The notes beneath the pieces were generated by a model, which did no database searches, was not told where the DNA came from, and saw nothing but the letters and a program-made list of their open reading frames with translations. The position numbers were made by a program, and so were the translations under genes. Positions 35,641 to 48,360 of a stretch of 64,000 nucleotides of DNA are shown in pieces (the stretch's first letter is position 1; each line of letters starts with the position of its first letter). This stretch comes from Camelus ferus (taxonomy: Eukaryota), in assembly GCF_009834535.1 (NCBI RefSeq), contig NC_045711.1:44144001-44208000 (forward strand), written 5' to 3'.

Positions 35641-36129
35641 GACTTCAGGTAGGAAAGCCTTTCAGGAGTGGAGGAGCTGTGCTATGATACAAACATCGGC
35701 GTGCTGCCTACTCTGGGAAAATCTCCTTGGCGCCCTCCCCGGCCCTGAGGGGCTGGTCACTCCTCCGTGGACCCTGGTCCACATGGACGTCACAGTGCAC
35801 AGTGCCTGTCTGCTGGCCGGAGGCCCGGAGCTCATCCAGGACCAGACCCTGGCTTGTCCACCTCCTGTCTGCAGAGACTGGCACCACGATGGACACAGGA
35901 GATGCTCAACCTTTGCTTCTGTAGTGACCGTCTGTCTTTAGAAATTTCTAAATTTCATTTCAAAAACATTAAAGATCCTATACACTCTTCCTATGCTGCC
36001 CCAGATGCCTGTGATTCCGTTTTCTGTTCCAAGAAACAAAAAGGATTCGTGAGGTTATTTAAAAATACACATTCGTTCCATTTTCACAAAACATGTATTA
36101 TCTCTTCCTTTGGATTTCTTGGACCTCCC

Positions 36130-36325
36130 CCCCTCCCCAGCCTTACTTGGCATAAGTGCAAAGTTCTGGGCAGATCTGAGCCTCAGTTTCTTCATCTATA
36201 AATGAGGGGTTGCATTTGTACCAACACTGTCCAGAAATTGTGTGAATTGGAAGAGACAGTCATGTAAAACACTTCGCACACTGCCTGGCACTTAGTAAAG
36301 GCTCACCAAGAATTCATTATAATTT
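36130..36325 (+). mobile_element. MIR SINE
   Basis: 'tctgagcctcagtttcttcatctataaatgagg...catgtaaaacactt..cacactgcctggcacttagtaaaggctca'. Confidence 0.8.
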
Positions 36326-37504
36326 TATTATCCTCCAAGATAGAAATCTCTGTCCACATTTCTCTATGGGAAATGGAGGCTCAGACTTCAATTTTTTAAA
36401 AAAGATAAAAAAAATAAATAAAAATAAAAAAGCTTACCCAAAAAATCAAAGCATCAGTGTCTGAACCCTGCTGTAGTCAACCCTCAACCCTGCTCCTTGG
36501 TCAGTGGCTGAATCTGGACTCAAACCAGACATGACTCTGCCTCCTGCAAACAGCCTGGAGTCTCGGAGAAGAGCAGCCCCAGAGTCACCAGGGACAAGCG
36601 CTCTAAGAGGCTGAAGCCGGGCAGGAAGCAGCCACCCCTGAGAGCAGCTCAGGGCCATCTTTCTTAATCAGGCGCTCTGGCTGCAGGCCTTCTAGGGAAC
36701 TACAAATTTCCCCTCAGCCCATGTACCTCTGGAGTTGATGACCAGGTAGGGCCTCCCGCGGCCAATGCCAAGCTGGGGGTGCTGGGAAACTCAGCCCCCA
36801 TCCCTCCAGCCGAAATTGACCTCCAGGATGACTGACCTCCACCCTGTATGCGAAAAGCAGTGACACCAAAATGAAATCAGACTCTCTAATAAATGCAGAC
36901 CACGTTCCCCCTGCCGGTATCAAGACAAAGTCTGTTCTGCTGCCTGTCACTTGAAAAGTAATAAAGTAATAGTGAAGTAAGTGACTTAAAAAAAAAAAAA
37001 AAAAGCAGCAACACCCCCCCCCACCCCGCCCCTGAATACTGAAGGGAAGGTGGGCTGGGGAGCCAGGCAGCGATGAGCAGGGACCTGGAGTCCCAGCCAG
37101 CAGAAGCCAGCGGGGTCCTCGGACATCACCTCTGCCATCATTTCCCAGCCCTGCTGCTTTCACTACGTCAGGCTGGAGCCCAGGGAGGGGAAGGCAGAGA
37201 TGGAGACCCACAGGGTAGGATAGCAACGAAGTCTTTATGAGACCTGGTGCCCCAGCTCCAGGGCCAGTGCTTTCCGGGTGTCTGCAAGGGCCAAGGTACA
37301 GGGTGGCCCTGAGGGAGACCTGGGTCTTCATCGCCATCCCTGCTGCCTTTGGTTCTTTCTTGTTGGGAAGAAGAAAATGCTGACTGCTGGCACCAGCTCG
37401 CTGGCTGCTTAGCAATTACATCTCCTGTTATAACACTGTCAGTGAACAAATTGATCTTCTGAGGTATGATTTAGTCTCCCATTTGTCGGGACCTGATCGA
37501 TTCA

Positions 37505-37680
37505 TTGGGAGGCAATAAGTTTAGAGTCAGAAAAACCCAACTGTGAATCCTGGCTCTGTTGCTTAGTGGTTAAGTGTCATAGATTCCTTTTTCTCCCAGG
37601 CATCTGTTTTCTCAGCTGTAAAGTGAGACTAGCAGTAACGCCTAGCTGGCAAGATTATTCATAGAATAATAATAATAATG
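37505..37680 (+). mobile_element. MIR SINE
   Basis: 'gtgaatcctggctctgttgcttagtgg...gttttctcagctgtaaagtg' ending in (AAT)n. Confidence 0.7.
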
Positions 37681-37890
37681 GGTCTCAAGGGCACACTATG
37701 AGCAAGGCACCATAATAAGTGATTTACATATATGCATATATGTTATCTCCCTTCAGCTTCACAGCAATCCCAGGAGGTAGAACCTATTATTATACCCCTT
37801 GCACAGATGCGGAGACTGAGGCTCAGCGAGGATAAGCATCTTGCTTAAGATCACCCAGGAAGTTAGAGGTGGAGCTGAGATCCCAATCTA
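37681..37890 (-). mobile_element. MIR SINE
   Basis: 'cttcacagcaatcccaggaggtag...gcacagatgcggagactgaggctcagcgagg'. Confidence 0.8.
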
Positions 37891-38069
37891 GGAATGCTTC
37901 TGTGCTGGGTATTCTTACTGTGACCCAAACTTCTTTACGCTGTATGGCAAGTCTCTTTCTCCAGCCTAAGGGAGGGAGCAGGGCCATAAGATGATGTGGC
38001 AGGTCCTATGAGTGCCTATCCTACCCCTTTCTCACCAGAAGAACTTCTATTTCATTCAGTATCACCCTC

Positions 38070-38390
38070 CATATGTTTCAGGGGAGGGGAGCTCTGATGG
38101 CACACCTGTAAACAATTTGTGGGATTTCATCAAATTGTACACACATGAGAAGTACACATTTTGCAAGTGTATCATATTTCAATTTAAGAAGTGGAAGAAA
38201 GAGAGACAGACTCATGATGTCTTCAAATTGCTTTCAACTGGAAGAGAGACAGAGAGAAAGAGCACGAGATAGAAAGTAAACCGAACATGAAAATGGTTAA
38301 CAATTCATGACTCTAGGTGAAGGGAATACTGGGGTTCATTGTACCATTATTCCAAGTTTTCTGGAGCCTTGAAATTTATCAGTTTCAAAA
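38070..38390 (+). mobile_element. Ancient L1M (L1MC/L1ME-type) 3' fragments
   Basis: 'aaatggttaacaattcatgactctaggtgaagggaatactggggttcattgtaccattatt...ttgaaattt' and 'aaattgtacac...catatttcaatttaa'. Confidence 0.7.
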
Positions 38391-38489
38391 GGTGGAGAAG
38401 AGACACAGGGAAGAGCTACATCCGTCCCTGCTCCCTAGCAGATGGTGTGAGGATGTGATGCCTGGAACCATAGCAGTTCCACCTCTTAT

Positions 38490-38650
38490 GTGCTATGTGA
38501 TCTTAGGTAAGGTACCTCACTGAGTCTCAGTTTCCTCATCTGTACAATAGGAATAATAATAAGACCCACCTTCCTAGGGTTGCCACGAAGATGAAAGGAG
38601 ATAATATATACAAGTCACTTGTCATGATATCTATTCACAGTGTGCATTCA
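38490..38650 (+). mobile_element. MIR SINE
   Basis: 'gtgatcttaggtaaggtacctcactgagtctcagtttcctcatctgtacaataggaataataat'. Confidence 0.85.
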
Positions 38651-38899
38651 CGAAAACAAACTAGCAGAATGATGGAAGCCACTGGGTCCCTGATAAGGTC
38701 ATCGAGTTACTCAACTAACTAGTCCAGAAACAGCCCTGCCTGCAGACTTTCCATCGTGTGAGGTAGTATACCTCCTTATAAGCCACTATAAATAGGATTT
38801 TTCATTACTGATAAAATTACACTCTCTCTTTCCTAAGGAAAGAATCTGAAACTCAGGCAAAAGTGCATTCATAATGGGAAAAATATTTTTAAAATCCTA

Positions 38900-39180
38900 A
38901 TTATGGAGGAATAAGGGTAGAATCTAAAACATTAGGGTACATCTGTAGGATAGAATACTATGTAGCCATGAAAAACTGATGTCTGAAAATTGTTTCATGG
39001 CCTAGGAAAATGCTCTTAATCTAATAATGACATGTGGAATGTGCAAAAATGCAAATATAAAAGGTTGGAAGAAAATACAGCCGAATATTAATAATAGGCT
39101 AGGTTTAGGTATTTAATTAAAAGCTTTGATCTTGTCTGTATTTAAAGTGACTATTATATAATATTTTTATAATAATTTAG
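38900..39180 (+). mobile_element. Ancient L1ME 3' fragment
   Basis: 'ggtacatctgtaggatagaatactatgtagccatgaaaa...ggaagaaaatacagcc.aatattaata'. Confidence 0.6.
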
Positions 39181-39338
39181 CTTAAACAGTAGGTTTCTAT
39201 ATTTGTGACATACACAATTTTGGAAGCAGAACCATGTATGAGGTCGCCGGTATAAAAATGCTTCCAAATTGGAAGACACTACATCATCGCAGGCCATTAC
39301 CATTGAGTTGGGAGAATACGGGTGACTTTTTTCCTACC

Positions 39339-39341
<3 letters not shown>

Positions 39342-39394
<53 letters not shown>
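39342..39394. repeat. (AC)n microsatellite, about 26 units
   Basis: Perfect dinucleotide run. Confidence 0.98.
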
Positions 39395-39395
<1 letters not shown>

Positions 39396-39589
39396 TCACA
39401 TATTATAAATTTTCTACAGTGAGAACATGTTACTTTATAACTTGAAACAATAAATCCAATTCTTAAAAATATACACTTATACGTATCTAGTTCCAATATC
39501 ATTGCCTTCAGACCCTATATCTGGTCCTTCAATCCATTCAACAGATTTTCATTGAGTGCTTAATGTGTACTTAATACGGTGCAATAATA

Positions 39590-39770
39590 ATAATTATGAC
39601 TACCTCTTATTAAGCACTGGGATCATCACTTCGTAGACAATATCTGTAATCCTTTCAACAGCCCATGAAGTACTGAAGGAATTGAATCAAATTTGTCTAA
39701 GGCCACAGTTTGTCGGTGACAGAGTCAGGATTCAAATCCCAGCCTACTGTATTTACCTGGCTGCTCACCC
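39590..39770 (-). mobile_element. MIR SINE
   Basis: 'tcttattaagcact...aatcctttcaacagcccatgaag...gtctaaggccacag...caggattcaaatcccag'. Confidence 0.75.
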
Positions 39771-41587
39771 TCCTCCACCTGTCTTCGAAGAAATATAAAT
39801 CACGGCAATTTAGAAACCCTGCTAAAACATCAAAAATCCCAAGGAGGCCCACAGAAGGAAGAAAAAATATCAGGCTGGTGAGATTCAGGGAAGTTTCAAA
39901 AAGGAGGCAGTAATGTGCTGAGCCTTCAAGGGAGGATGGAGAAGTGGGGGGCAGCCTTCTAGACAGAGGGAACATGGTGGACGATGGCCCGGATGTTGGA
40001 ATGTGCCACCCATTTCTGGGGACTGCAATGAAGCCAGTATTGACTAGGGTAGACAAAGGGGTTAGGCAGAGGGAGCAAAAAAAAAAAAAAAAAAAAAAAA
40101 AGGAAAATACAGGATGTGAAAAGCCCTTAGATCCAAGCTTTGGGATTTAAATTTTACTTGCTGGGCAATGGGGGACCACTGACCATTCTTGAGTCTGCAC
40201 CAAGTGGTAATGGGTCTAGGAGTAGTGTGCTTTGCGAAGAGTATTTGGGAGGATAATGAGGGTATCCAGGGAGACAGGAATCCAAGAGGCAGGGGTGGGG
40301 ACATTTGGGAAGCGCCGAGCTCAGCCCGTCCACATACCTTACTTCTCTGGTGGAAACTGACATACAGAGGTTTAAATGAATTGTCTGAAGTCTCAGGACC
40401 AGGAAAGAGCTGAGATGCATTTAAATCCTAGTCCATGTGTCCCCCTGCCCACCTGCCTTTGTGGAGGTGGGACACAGCAGTGGTCCATGAAATGCAATGC
40501 AGGACTGTCGTCTGACCCTGAGATGGGGAGGGGGAGGAGGCTTGTGCCATGCCTGAAGTCCACAGGCGTGTGGGACCCGTGCCCCAGTCTCTCCACCGGA
40601 GCGTGCAGGACTGTCCTTTTGGGCCCCTCCCCGCTCCTGCCTGCTGCTCCACGGCAGCTTCAGTGCCTAAGCTGGGAGCAAGCTCTCAGTCTCAACCAGG
40701 GGCATCCCAGGAGGCTTACCTCGAAGCAGAGAGCAGAAACATCTCTGTTAAAGCAAAACATCATTAAGATGAGAAGAGGCAACATCTCTAACGCCCACGT
40801 GGTGCCAGTGGAGCTGTAAGGCGTGCCTCCAGATTAGACGTGGAGAAGAGCATCGCCAGCTCTTGCTATTCATCCCCAAGGACCGGGGCAGCCTGATTCC
40901 CTCCGACTTCCCACCCCCAGCTCCGCCACGAGGCTCCCAGTGTTTTGTCTGAATCTATTTGAGGTGTCTTATGCAACAGAACCTCATCTCTGCAAAGAGA
41001 TGGTTTGCTTTATGTCATACAGTGTTCTCATTGTCAGGGAAGTTTCCCTGACATAAAGCCTCGTTTCTGCCTGTTAGGAGAAGAACCTTGAAGGTGCCAA
41101 GGGATATGTGCTTTAAGAAGATGTTCAAAGCCCTAAATAGACTGGAATTTTCTTCTGTGGGGAAGAATTTATTGAGCATTAACTCACTACCTTGAAAGTT
41201 GGCTTGAGGGGCAAGGTCCTTCCGCATCCTTTGTACGCTGACTTCCTTCCTCCCATCAAAGGTAGGGAGGTCAAGGGCTATTTTCCCATTTTACGGATGA
41301 GGAAATGGAGGCTCAGAGATATTGATGACCTGATCAATAAGTCACAATGCCATTAAGCAGTAGATCTGGGTCCAAGACTCCAAATCCAGTATCTTCCCAG
41401 TACCACCTTCTAGCCAGCCCGGCCCTAGGCACTGTGAGGACCATGGGCAATGAGAAGTCATGTGTCCCCCTTGTGCCCATTCTTAAGTGCCTGTCTCTTA
41501 GTTTGAAACCTGCCCTTCTCTGTTCTTCTTTGTCTTCGGGCTGCAAATCTAATTTTGCTTTGCCAGCTGGGTCCCCATGAGGTTCCG

Positions 41588-41603
41588 CCAATAGGGGGCG
41601 CTA
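41588..41603 (+). promoter_or_regulatory. CTCF-like motif overlapping a CCAAT box
   Basis: CCAATAGGGGGCGCTA versus the CTCF core CCRSYAGRKGGCRS: one mismatch, CpG retained. Confidence 0.45.
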
Positions 41604-43149
41604 GAGGAAGGTGGCAAGGCTGGAAGCCGACTTCTCCCCGCTGTTTCCCAGCTACTTGCTGCTGACCTCTATTCCTGTAAACATCGCCCCAGCAGCTCCT
41701 CTTCATCCTGGAAGAGGCAGTTCCTTCCTAAAGCAGCAGCTGAACGCAGTGTGCAGTCTTCCCCAGATTTGCGGAACCAGCTGCATACACCCCACTCTCC
41801 GCCATAACACCAGCCCCAGGCTGTAGGCTCCCCCTTCTCAGGGGTCTGGGTCCAGCCCCACAGTGTCTGAGCTCAGAGATGATGGCTTCGGTACTAGACA
41901 AGCAGCACCTCCGGCTGGAGATCCGAGGTCCAGCCGCCCCGGGCCCCTCCTCCAAGCGTCTACATTTTAGTGATTCCAACTAGTTCCCTCTCTTCCCGCA
42001 GCTCAGGGGCTGGCCGCTGCTTCCCGCAGTGACTACCTCAGTGTTCTATCTTACTCTTCCACCAACCTAGATAACAATTTTATATCTAGTTAAATTTTCT
42101 TCTGTTAGGTTCTCTCGGCTCAAAATGACAGATGTAGTTCCTAACTCCTGAGTGGCCACAAGGCCAACGGCTACATTCTATAGATGAGGGGCTGTCATTA
42201 GGGTGTAATGAGCAATGAGCCCATGAACCGAGGCAGAAAGAAATCTCAGATGGAGAGCCCGGCACTGAGTAGGGCCTCAAGAAATAGCTAATGAATGGGG
42301 AGGAAGGGAGAACGGTTTTAAAAAAAGAATAAAATAAAGGAAGGCCCTGGTGCTGAAGGAAAGTTTGAGCAGTGACCCAAGCAGGAGAGGCAACCAGAGA
42401 GGCAGTTTTAGGTAACAGCTCTTCCAGAAGAGTTTCAGCCGTTTGGAAGACAAGGATTAAGAGTGAGCAGGGAGAAGCACCCCAGGAGTGGCCCCCGGAA
42501 GGCGGGTGTGGGGCCAGGCTGGGCTTGTGGCCTGACTCAGCCTCCAGAAACATCCAAGATTCCCAAACAGTGACATCACAGCAGACCTTGACCTCCTCCC
42601 CAGCCAGGAGAGCCGCTCATCTTGGTCCTAATGGCTCCCCCTCACACATCCTGTGGCTTGAGAGGGGACTGCCATGGGACAGTCGCCTGTCCCTGAAAGC
42701 AGACAGGCTTCCAGAGAGAGGCGAGGGTCACGTGTGCCTGTGGCCACCACGCCATGGACCTGGCGGCAGCTGCCCGGACTGCTCTCCCAGGGTCTAACAA
42801 CCAGAATGATGGGAGTTTGCTGTCCCCCTCTCTGACAATCTCAGAGAGAAAGAACGAGCATCTGGCAAAGTTCAGAAAACACCCCAAATCTAGTCTGGAT
42901 TCTGGAGTGACCTCCTGGGAATCCAGCCACTGTCCCACAACCTCCATAGCATCCCTACTCACACATCCATCTGTCCCTACACAGCTAAAGCTTTGAATTT
43001 GATCCATCTGGATGCTAGGACCGTCTCCTCTGATCCAGGGGCATCCTGGCCAGGCAACTTCAAGCATAAAGGCTTAGAGACCCCTTAGGGGCCCATGGCA
43101 TATGGAATCTAGCCTGGCTGGAGTGGAAGGTCTATGTTGAGGATTTATG

Positions 43150-43690
43150 AGAAACCATTTGCCTGCAGTCGACGCCTGCTGTTCTTGCACATCCAGCATC
43201 CATTCCTCATCCTTCTAATCATGCGCCCAGTGTTTCCTTTGGGGGACCACCGGTCTTCAACTCTTGGTCCAGGGGCTCTGCCTGGGCCTACTGAGGGGCT
43301 GATATGTGACCCAGCCTGATCCATCAGCTGTTTCACCCACTGGCTCCAGTCTTTGGTTTAGGAATAAACAGCTAAACATCAGTGGGGCAAATTCAGAGTC
43401 CCATCCTATGGCTCTTAATGGAATTACGGAGAAAAGGTCGTGCTCTTTCTGCTGTTGAAGCCACAGTGTTCGCCTGCGACTGCTGGCAACCATCTCTGCC
43501 ACTCTGGGAGGAGGGTCTGAGAATGGAGCCAACACAGAGGAAATCAGAGCCAAGAGATGGAGGACATTTGAGCACCTAGATCCAGCCCTGCCTGAATGCC
43601 TCAATCCTCGAACTCATACATTTTCTTTTTTCTGAAACCATTTTGAGTTCGGCTTCCATCACGCGAGACTGAGAGAGTCCCGACCAACAC
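43150..43690 (+). mobile_element. MaLR LTR (MLT1K/J-like)
   Basis: 'cttgcacatccagcatccattcc...gctggcaaccatctctgcc...gagaatggagccaacacagaggaaa.cagagcc.agagatgg...cacctagatccagcc...ttttctgaaaccattttgagttcggctt'. Confidence 0.8.
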
Positions 43691-43769
43691 ACACACATTG
43701 GGGCAAACAAGTTACCTCTTAAATGCTCAACTGGGGATCTATCCTGGATCATTAGACCGATGGAGAAAC

Positions 43770-44290
43770 ATCACCTCTGACAAAGCCCTTCACAGGCCAT
43801 CTGTTCTCAGGATAAAACCCCAACTTCCTAAATGTAGTTTCAGAGCCTTGCATGGTCAGGCCCTTGCTGACCTCTCTGCCCCATCACACACCACTTTTCC
43901 TCCCAATCTCTACCTCCTGGCCGCACTGCACTTCAAGTTTCTGGAATGAGCCGTGGTCTCCTACCTTGGGCTTCTGTACATGTTGCCTTCTCCCTTGAGC
44001 ATGTCTTACCTGCTTACTTCCTACTAATCCTTCAAATACTGCTTCAGCTCCCACCTTCAGGGAGGCGTTCCTTGGCCCCCGGGGGGCTGCCTCCCACTGT
44101 TAGGCCCTCTCACAGCCATTCTTTCTTCTAATACTCAGCCCACTTGGGAGCGATTGTTAAACACCTACCCCACCTTAGAATGTAGCTCCCTGAGAGTCAG
44201 ACCCACGCCATCACCAGGGCCAGAAGTGATGCCCAGTAAGTACCATTTGCTGGGCAGCTGAATGAGATCAATGAACCAGGCAGCCACGAG
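43770..44290 (+). mobile_element. L2 3' region
   Basis: 'caggataaaaccccaacttcct...ggcccttgctgacctctc...ttagaatgtagctccctgagag...gctgaatga'. Confidence 0.85.
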
Positions 44291-46099
44291 CGTGTGGACG
44301 TGCAGGATCTCAAAACCAGGGCCACAGAGACCCACTGGGTCAGCAATCTCGGTGTGAGGTGACCAAAGCCAGGCCAAGGCCATGACCCCAGCAAGAGAAA
44401 GGACAGGGGAAAGGAAGGGAAGGAAAGACTACGTGAAAAGTGGGACTGGAAGCGTCAGAAGAATTTGATCAGCTTTGATGACAGCCGGAAAAGAATCTCT
44501 AAAGAGACACCCAGACCATGAGCCATGTGGGTGAGGGGAATGTGTAGCCACTAGCAAGGGGGAGGTCCCTGGTGAGAGGGGATGCTGTCATGCTGCTGTG
44601 AGGAGGGGCAGACAGAGCCTCAGTGCTGTGCAGGATCCAGCACAGACGGCGGAGGCAGAGGGCAGCGCCTGCCACTGTACCATGTGGCGATCACACAGTG
44701 GCGGAGGCCAGAATAGAGCAGGGAGCTTGTGGACTTGTGTCCCCGGGGGTGGGGGTGAGGGGAAGGGGCATGATGGGAAAGTCCGCCCTCCAACACCACC
44801 TGGCTGATGTGGAGCGGCATAGTAATGGGGGCTCCCATCGGCCTCATCCTCCCAGAAGCAGCCAAATGGGTGTTTACTATTTGCCGGCTTGCTGTTCTGA
44901 AAAGATCGCTGGGTAGTTTGCATAATTGCCTGCTCAGGTGGTGACTGCTCAGACCTCAGCAGAATTTCACAAAGCCCACCCCCCGATCTTGCGAGACAGT
45001 GTAAGAGACATATCTGGGAGGGAGGACAAACCTCAATCAAAGGGAGCTGGGTAGCCCCCTGCTGCCCCTTCACACAGGGAGGTTCCACAGAACCTCAAGC
45101 CCAAAGCCTCTCCCCAGACCTGCTTTCTAGCCTCCACATCTGGGAAGGAGTCAGAATCAGCCAAGGAGAACCCGACTTGGGAAACAGAATCTAGTTCTGT
45201 GGGCCTTTCAAACACTCCTTGAGCTCCTATGGTTTGCCAGTGAAAGAGATCAAGGAGCCCACAGTCAGATGAGGAAGCACAGACACAGAACATGACAAGA
45301 TAGGAAACAAATGTGGGGGGAGGGGCTTTGAGACTAGCAGAGGTGGGAGTGGGTATCAAGGGAGGCTGCCTGGAGGAGGCGACATCCGAGTAGCATCTTG
45401 AAGGAGTGTAATACCTAGTACACAGTAGATGCTCGAATACCAAAGAATGAATGACGTACTGGAAGGCTGGATGAGGAGGAGGAGGACGTTTCAAGGATGA
45501 AAGAGCTGGCTCAGTCTGTTCTTCATCCCAGAGCCACAGTGAATTCTGTAGCTTTCTTAATGCCTTATAAACTGAACATTTTGCAGGGTGTGAGAAGGTG
45601 GGGTGTATCCGCTGCTATGATTTTGGGTCAGGAAAAAAGTGCTCGTGTCAGCTTGTACTGGGGGCTATTGAGAGAGAAAAACCAAGGCACAGCTGCCTCC
45701 CCCTCAAATCAACAGGATGCTCTTTAAATATGCAAGAGATTCACCGGGGCACTGCCAGCACTGTCTGGCTTTCTTCAAAGTGTATGAAAAACGTGCTTAA
45801 TATTCATGCTCCATTCCAAAGAGGCACAGATGGGGGCTAAAGAGGAGAGAACAATTTGGGGTAAAAAATGACTAGTGTCATTTCACATCTCCCAACCCAA
45901 ACGAATATATGCCTTGAGGCCAACCTTAAGCCACCCCCTACAGGAAGCCTTCCGCAACTACAACCCTTCTCCCTCTCCCAAAGGTCCTTCTGCTTGACTC
46001 ATTGCCACATCTGAACCTGGGGCGCCAGTTACTGCACTGCCCACCGAGCCTGCAGGTCTGTGCCCTTTCCACCCTCCCAGCCCCTCCTGCAGCATCTGT

Positions 46100-46235
46100 A
46101 ATGAGAGCTTGGTTTTACATGTAAGAAAGCTGAGGCCTAGGGTAGGGGGTGCTCAGTGACTTCTGGCCCAAGGTCTCACAGCTAGTAAGCAGGGGAGTCA
46201 GGCTTCAAGCCTGATCTGATGCCAAAACTCTGCTC
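46100..46235 (-). mobile_element. MIR SINE
   Basis: 'ttttacatgtaagaaagctgaggc...ccaaggtctcacagctagtaag...ggcttcaagcc'. Confidence 0.75.
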
Positions 46236-48149
46236 CCCACCACGTTCCACCAGCCCCCTTCCACGCCTCACTGCCGCCCTGTCTCATTTCTGGCCCATCT
46301 CTCTGCGCTTCAGCATCACTTTCTGGGTGCATTCTGTCATGCTGTCTGGCTCAGTGCTTGTAGAGCAAAGAGCCACAGACTCACGTGTTGGTCTCTGTCC
46401 CGTGCCGTTTCCCCACTCCTGGGCACAGAGTAGGTGCTGACGGTGTGAAGCACAGAGAGGAAACGTCAGCCCAGGGAGGAAGCATCTGTTCTTGTGTTTT
46501 CATTACCCAGATGAGAAAACTGAAGCCCAGAGAGGGAAAGTGACTTAAATAAGCATCGCATGGAACTGAGCAGGAGGCAGGCCCTTGTGCTTAACACAGA
46601 ATAGGTGCTAAATTATGTGATTGCTACATTATGTGCACCACCTGTAAAAAATATGTACCATATATACACCTATATGTTGCATATCATATTATATATAATA
46701 TATATCACCTTCATCATCATTTTTCAGTGTCTAAATGGGAATATTAATGCAGCACATCTTGGTAAGGGGGCATTCTGAAGATTTCACAAATGCAGGTCTC
46801 TGGAACCAGTCAGGAAGACTGCAGATGACTGATTTTCAGGCAAACAGAGGCCAACAGAGAAAGACAATAAGGCCTAGGACAGCTGTGAAGTGTTTTATAA
46901 TTGACTTCTTTTTTTAATGGAAAGATCATTGAATTTGGCACTGGAAAACCTAGGATCGGGCCCCTCTTTGTCACTCAGTAACTGGGTGATTTTGACTAAA
47001 TCATTTGTTTTCTTTGAGCTACAGGCTCCTTCCTTACAAAATGAAGCAGTGAGATTAACTCCGAAGAGAAACCTACACAGCACGCAGGCCCCAACTCTCT
47101 GTTACTGTGCCCATGGCAGCCATCACTAATCGATCACCGCACTCTTTGTGCTATGCCCAGCAGAGGCCTCAGAACACTTCCAAGGCTGGAGTCAACATGT
47201 GAGATAAAACCAATGAGCCATGTTGGAGCAGATGTTTCTAGGACTCCCTCCAGCTCTGACCTTCTGATTCCATACGCTGACTCACTGATAAAGCAGCCTG
47301 GTGAGGTCGGTGGAGCACGTATTGCCCGTCCCTGCACTGCACAATGAGCAATCAAGATCAGACAAGATCCAGTCTAGACTGTTGGTGAGTGGTGCTGGGA
47401 TCAGACAGTAGACCTCTCTGAATTGACCTGGTGGGGACAGTCCATTGCCTTGCATAGTCCCCAGCTGCGAAGGACTCCCAGTCCCTCGGTCAGGGACCAG
47501 GGTCAGAGGAGGTGATAACTAGAACTTCATTCTCCATTCACTGGCCGAGTGAGACCCTCTCCTCTGGACGAGTGAGACCACCCCACAAAGCCAGGACGTG
47601 GGGGAAGTTTCTGACTCCCCACACTTGCTCTTCCCCCTCCTGGGAACCCAGCTCCTTTGACTGCTCTTATCACCCACCACCCTCTCTCCTGCTCCCACCA
47701 CCCATGCTCCTCAGAGCATCTCCAGAACCTTCTCTCATTTGAAAGGGGAACTTACTGATAATGGCTTAGAGTGAGACGTCCACCCGTTCCAGGCAGTCGT
47801 CTGGGATGGTGGGAAGAGGACCAAGGCTGGAGTCAGAACACGGGCTTCCTGTCCTGCTGCTGTGGCCACAGGGGAAGTGCTGTCCTTTCTTGGTCTCAGT
47901 TTCCCTTCCAGCTTGACCTTCTATGACCACCTGCTTGTGACTTCCAGGGGAGAAATTGATTCCTTGGCTAAAGGGACTAAGTGCTGATGGATCTCACCCC
48001 TATACTGGTGGTTGGATGGGTACTGAGGGAACAAAGGTTCCCAGAACCTCCGAATTCTACTTCCCAAACTCTGCTTAAAATGCACGTAGTGACTGAGTGA
48101 TCAACATGCTGTGGGAAAGTGAGAAATGAGAAAGAGCAGAGGAAGGTAA

Positions 48150-48360
48150 GTTGCCTTCGTTGAATGCCTGCCATGTGTCCAACACTCTGTCAAACAAGCC
48201 CATATGCGCTCAAGGAGAAAGTCCCAATACATCACTTATAGATGAGGTAATCAAGGTTCAGAGAGGTTAAGCAACTGGCCTCAGATCACACAGCCGCTGA
48301 ATGGCAGAGCTGGGAGTCATACGGAACACTTCTGCCTCAAAAGCTCACGCCTTTCCACTC
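48150..48360 (-). mobile_element. MIR SINE
   Basis: 'cacttatagatgaggtaatcaaggttcagagaggttaagcaactggcc..agatcacacagc.gctgaatggcagagctggga'. Confidence 0.8.

Noticed and set aside
36714-37415. 233-aa minus-strand ORF
   Set aside because: Reads through a poly(A) run and a C-tract; no protein features
45200-45460. Opposed L2 fragments as a possible miR-28/151-type hairpin
   Set aside because: The fragments are not the complementary L2 3' segments needed; no fold-back stem is visible
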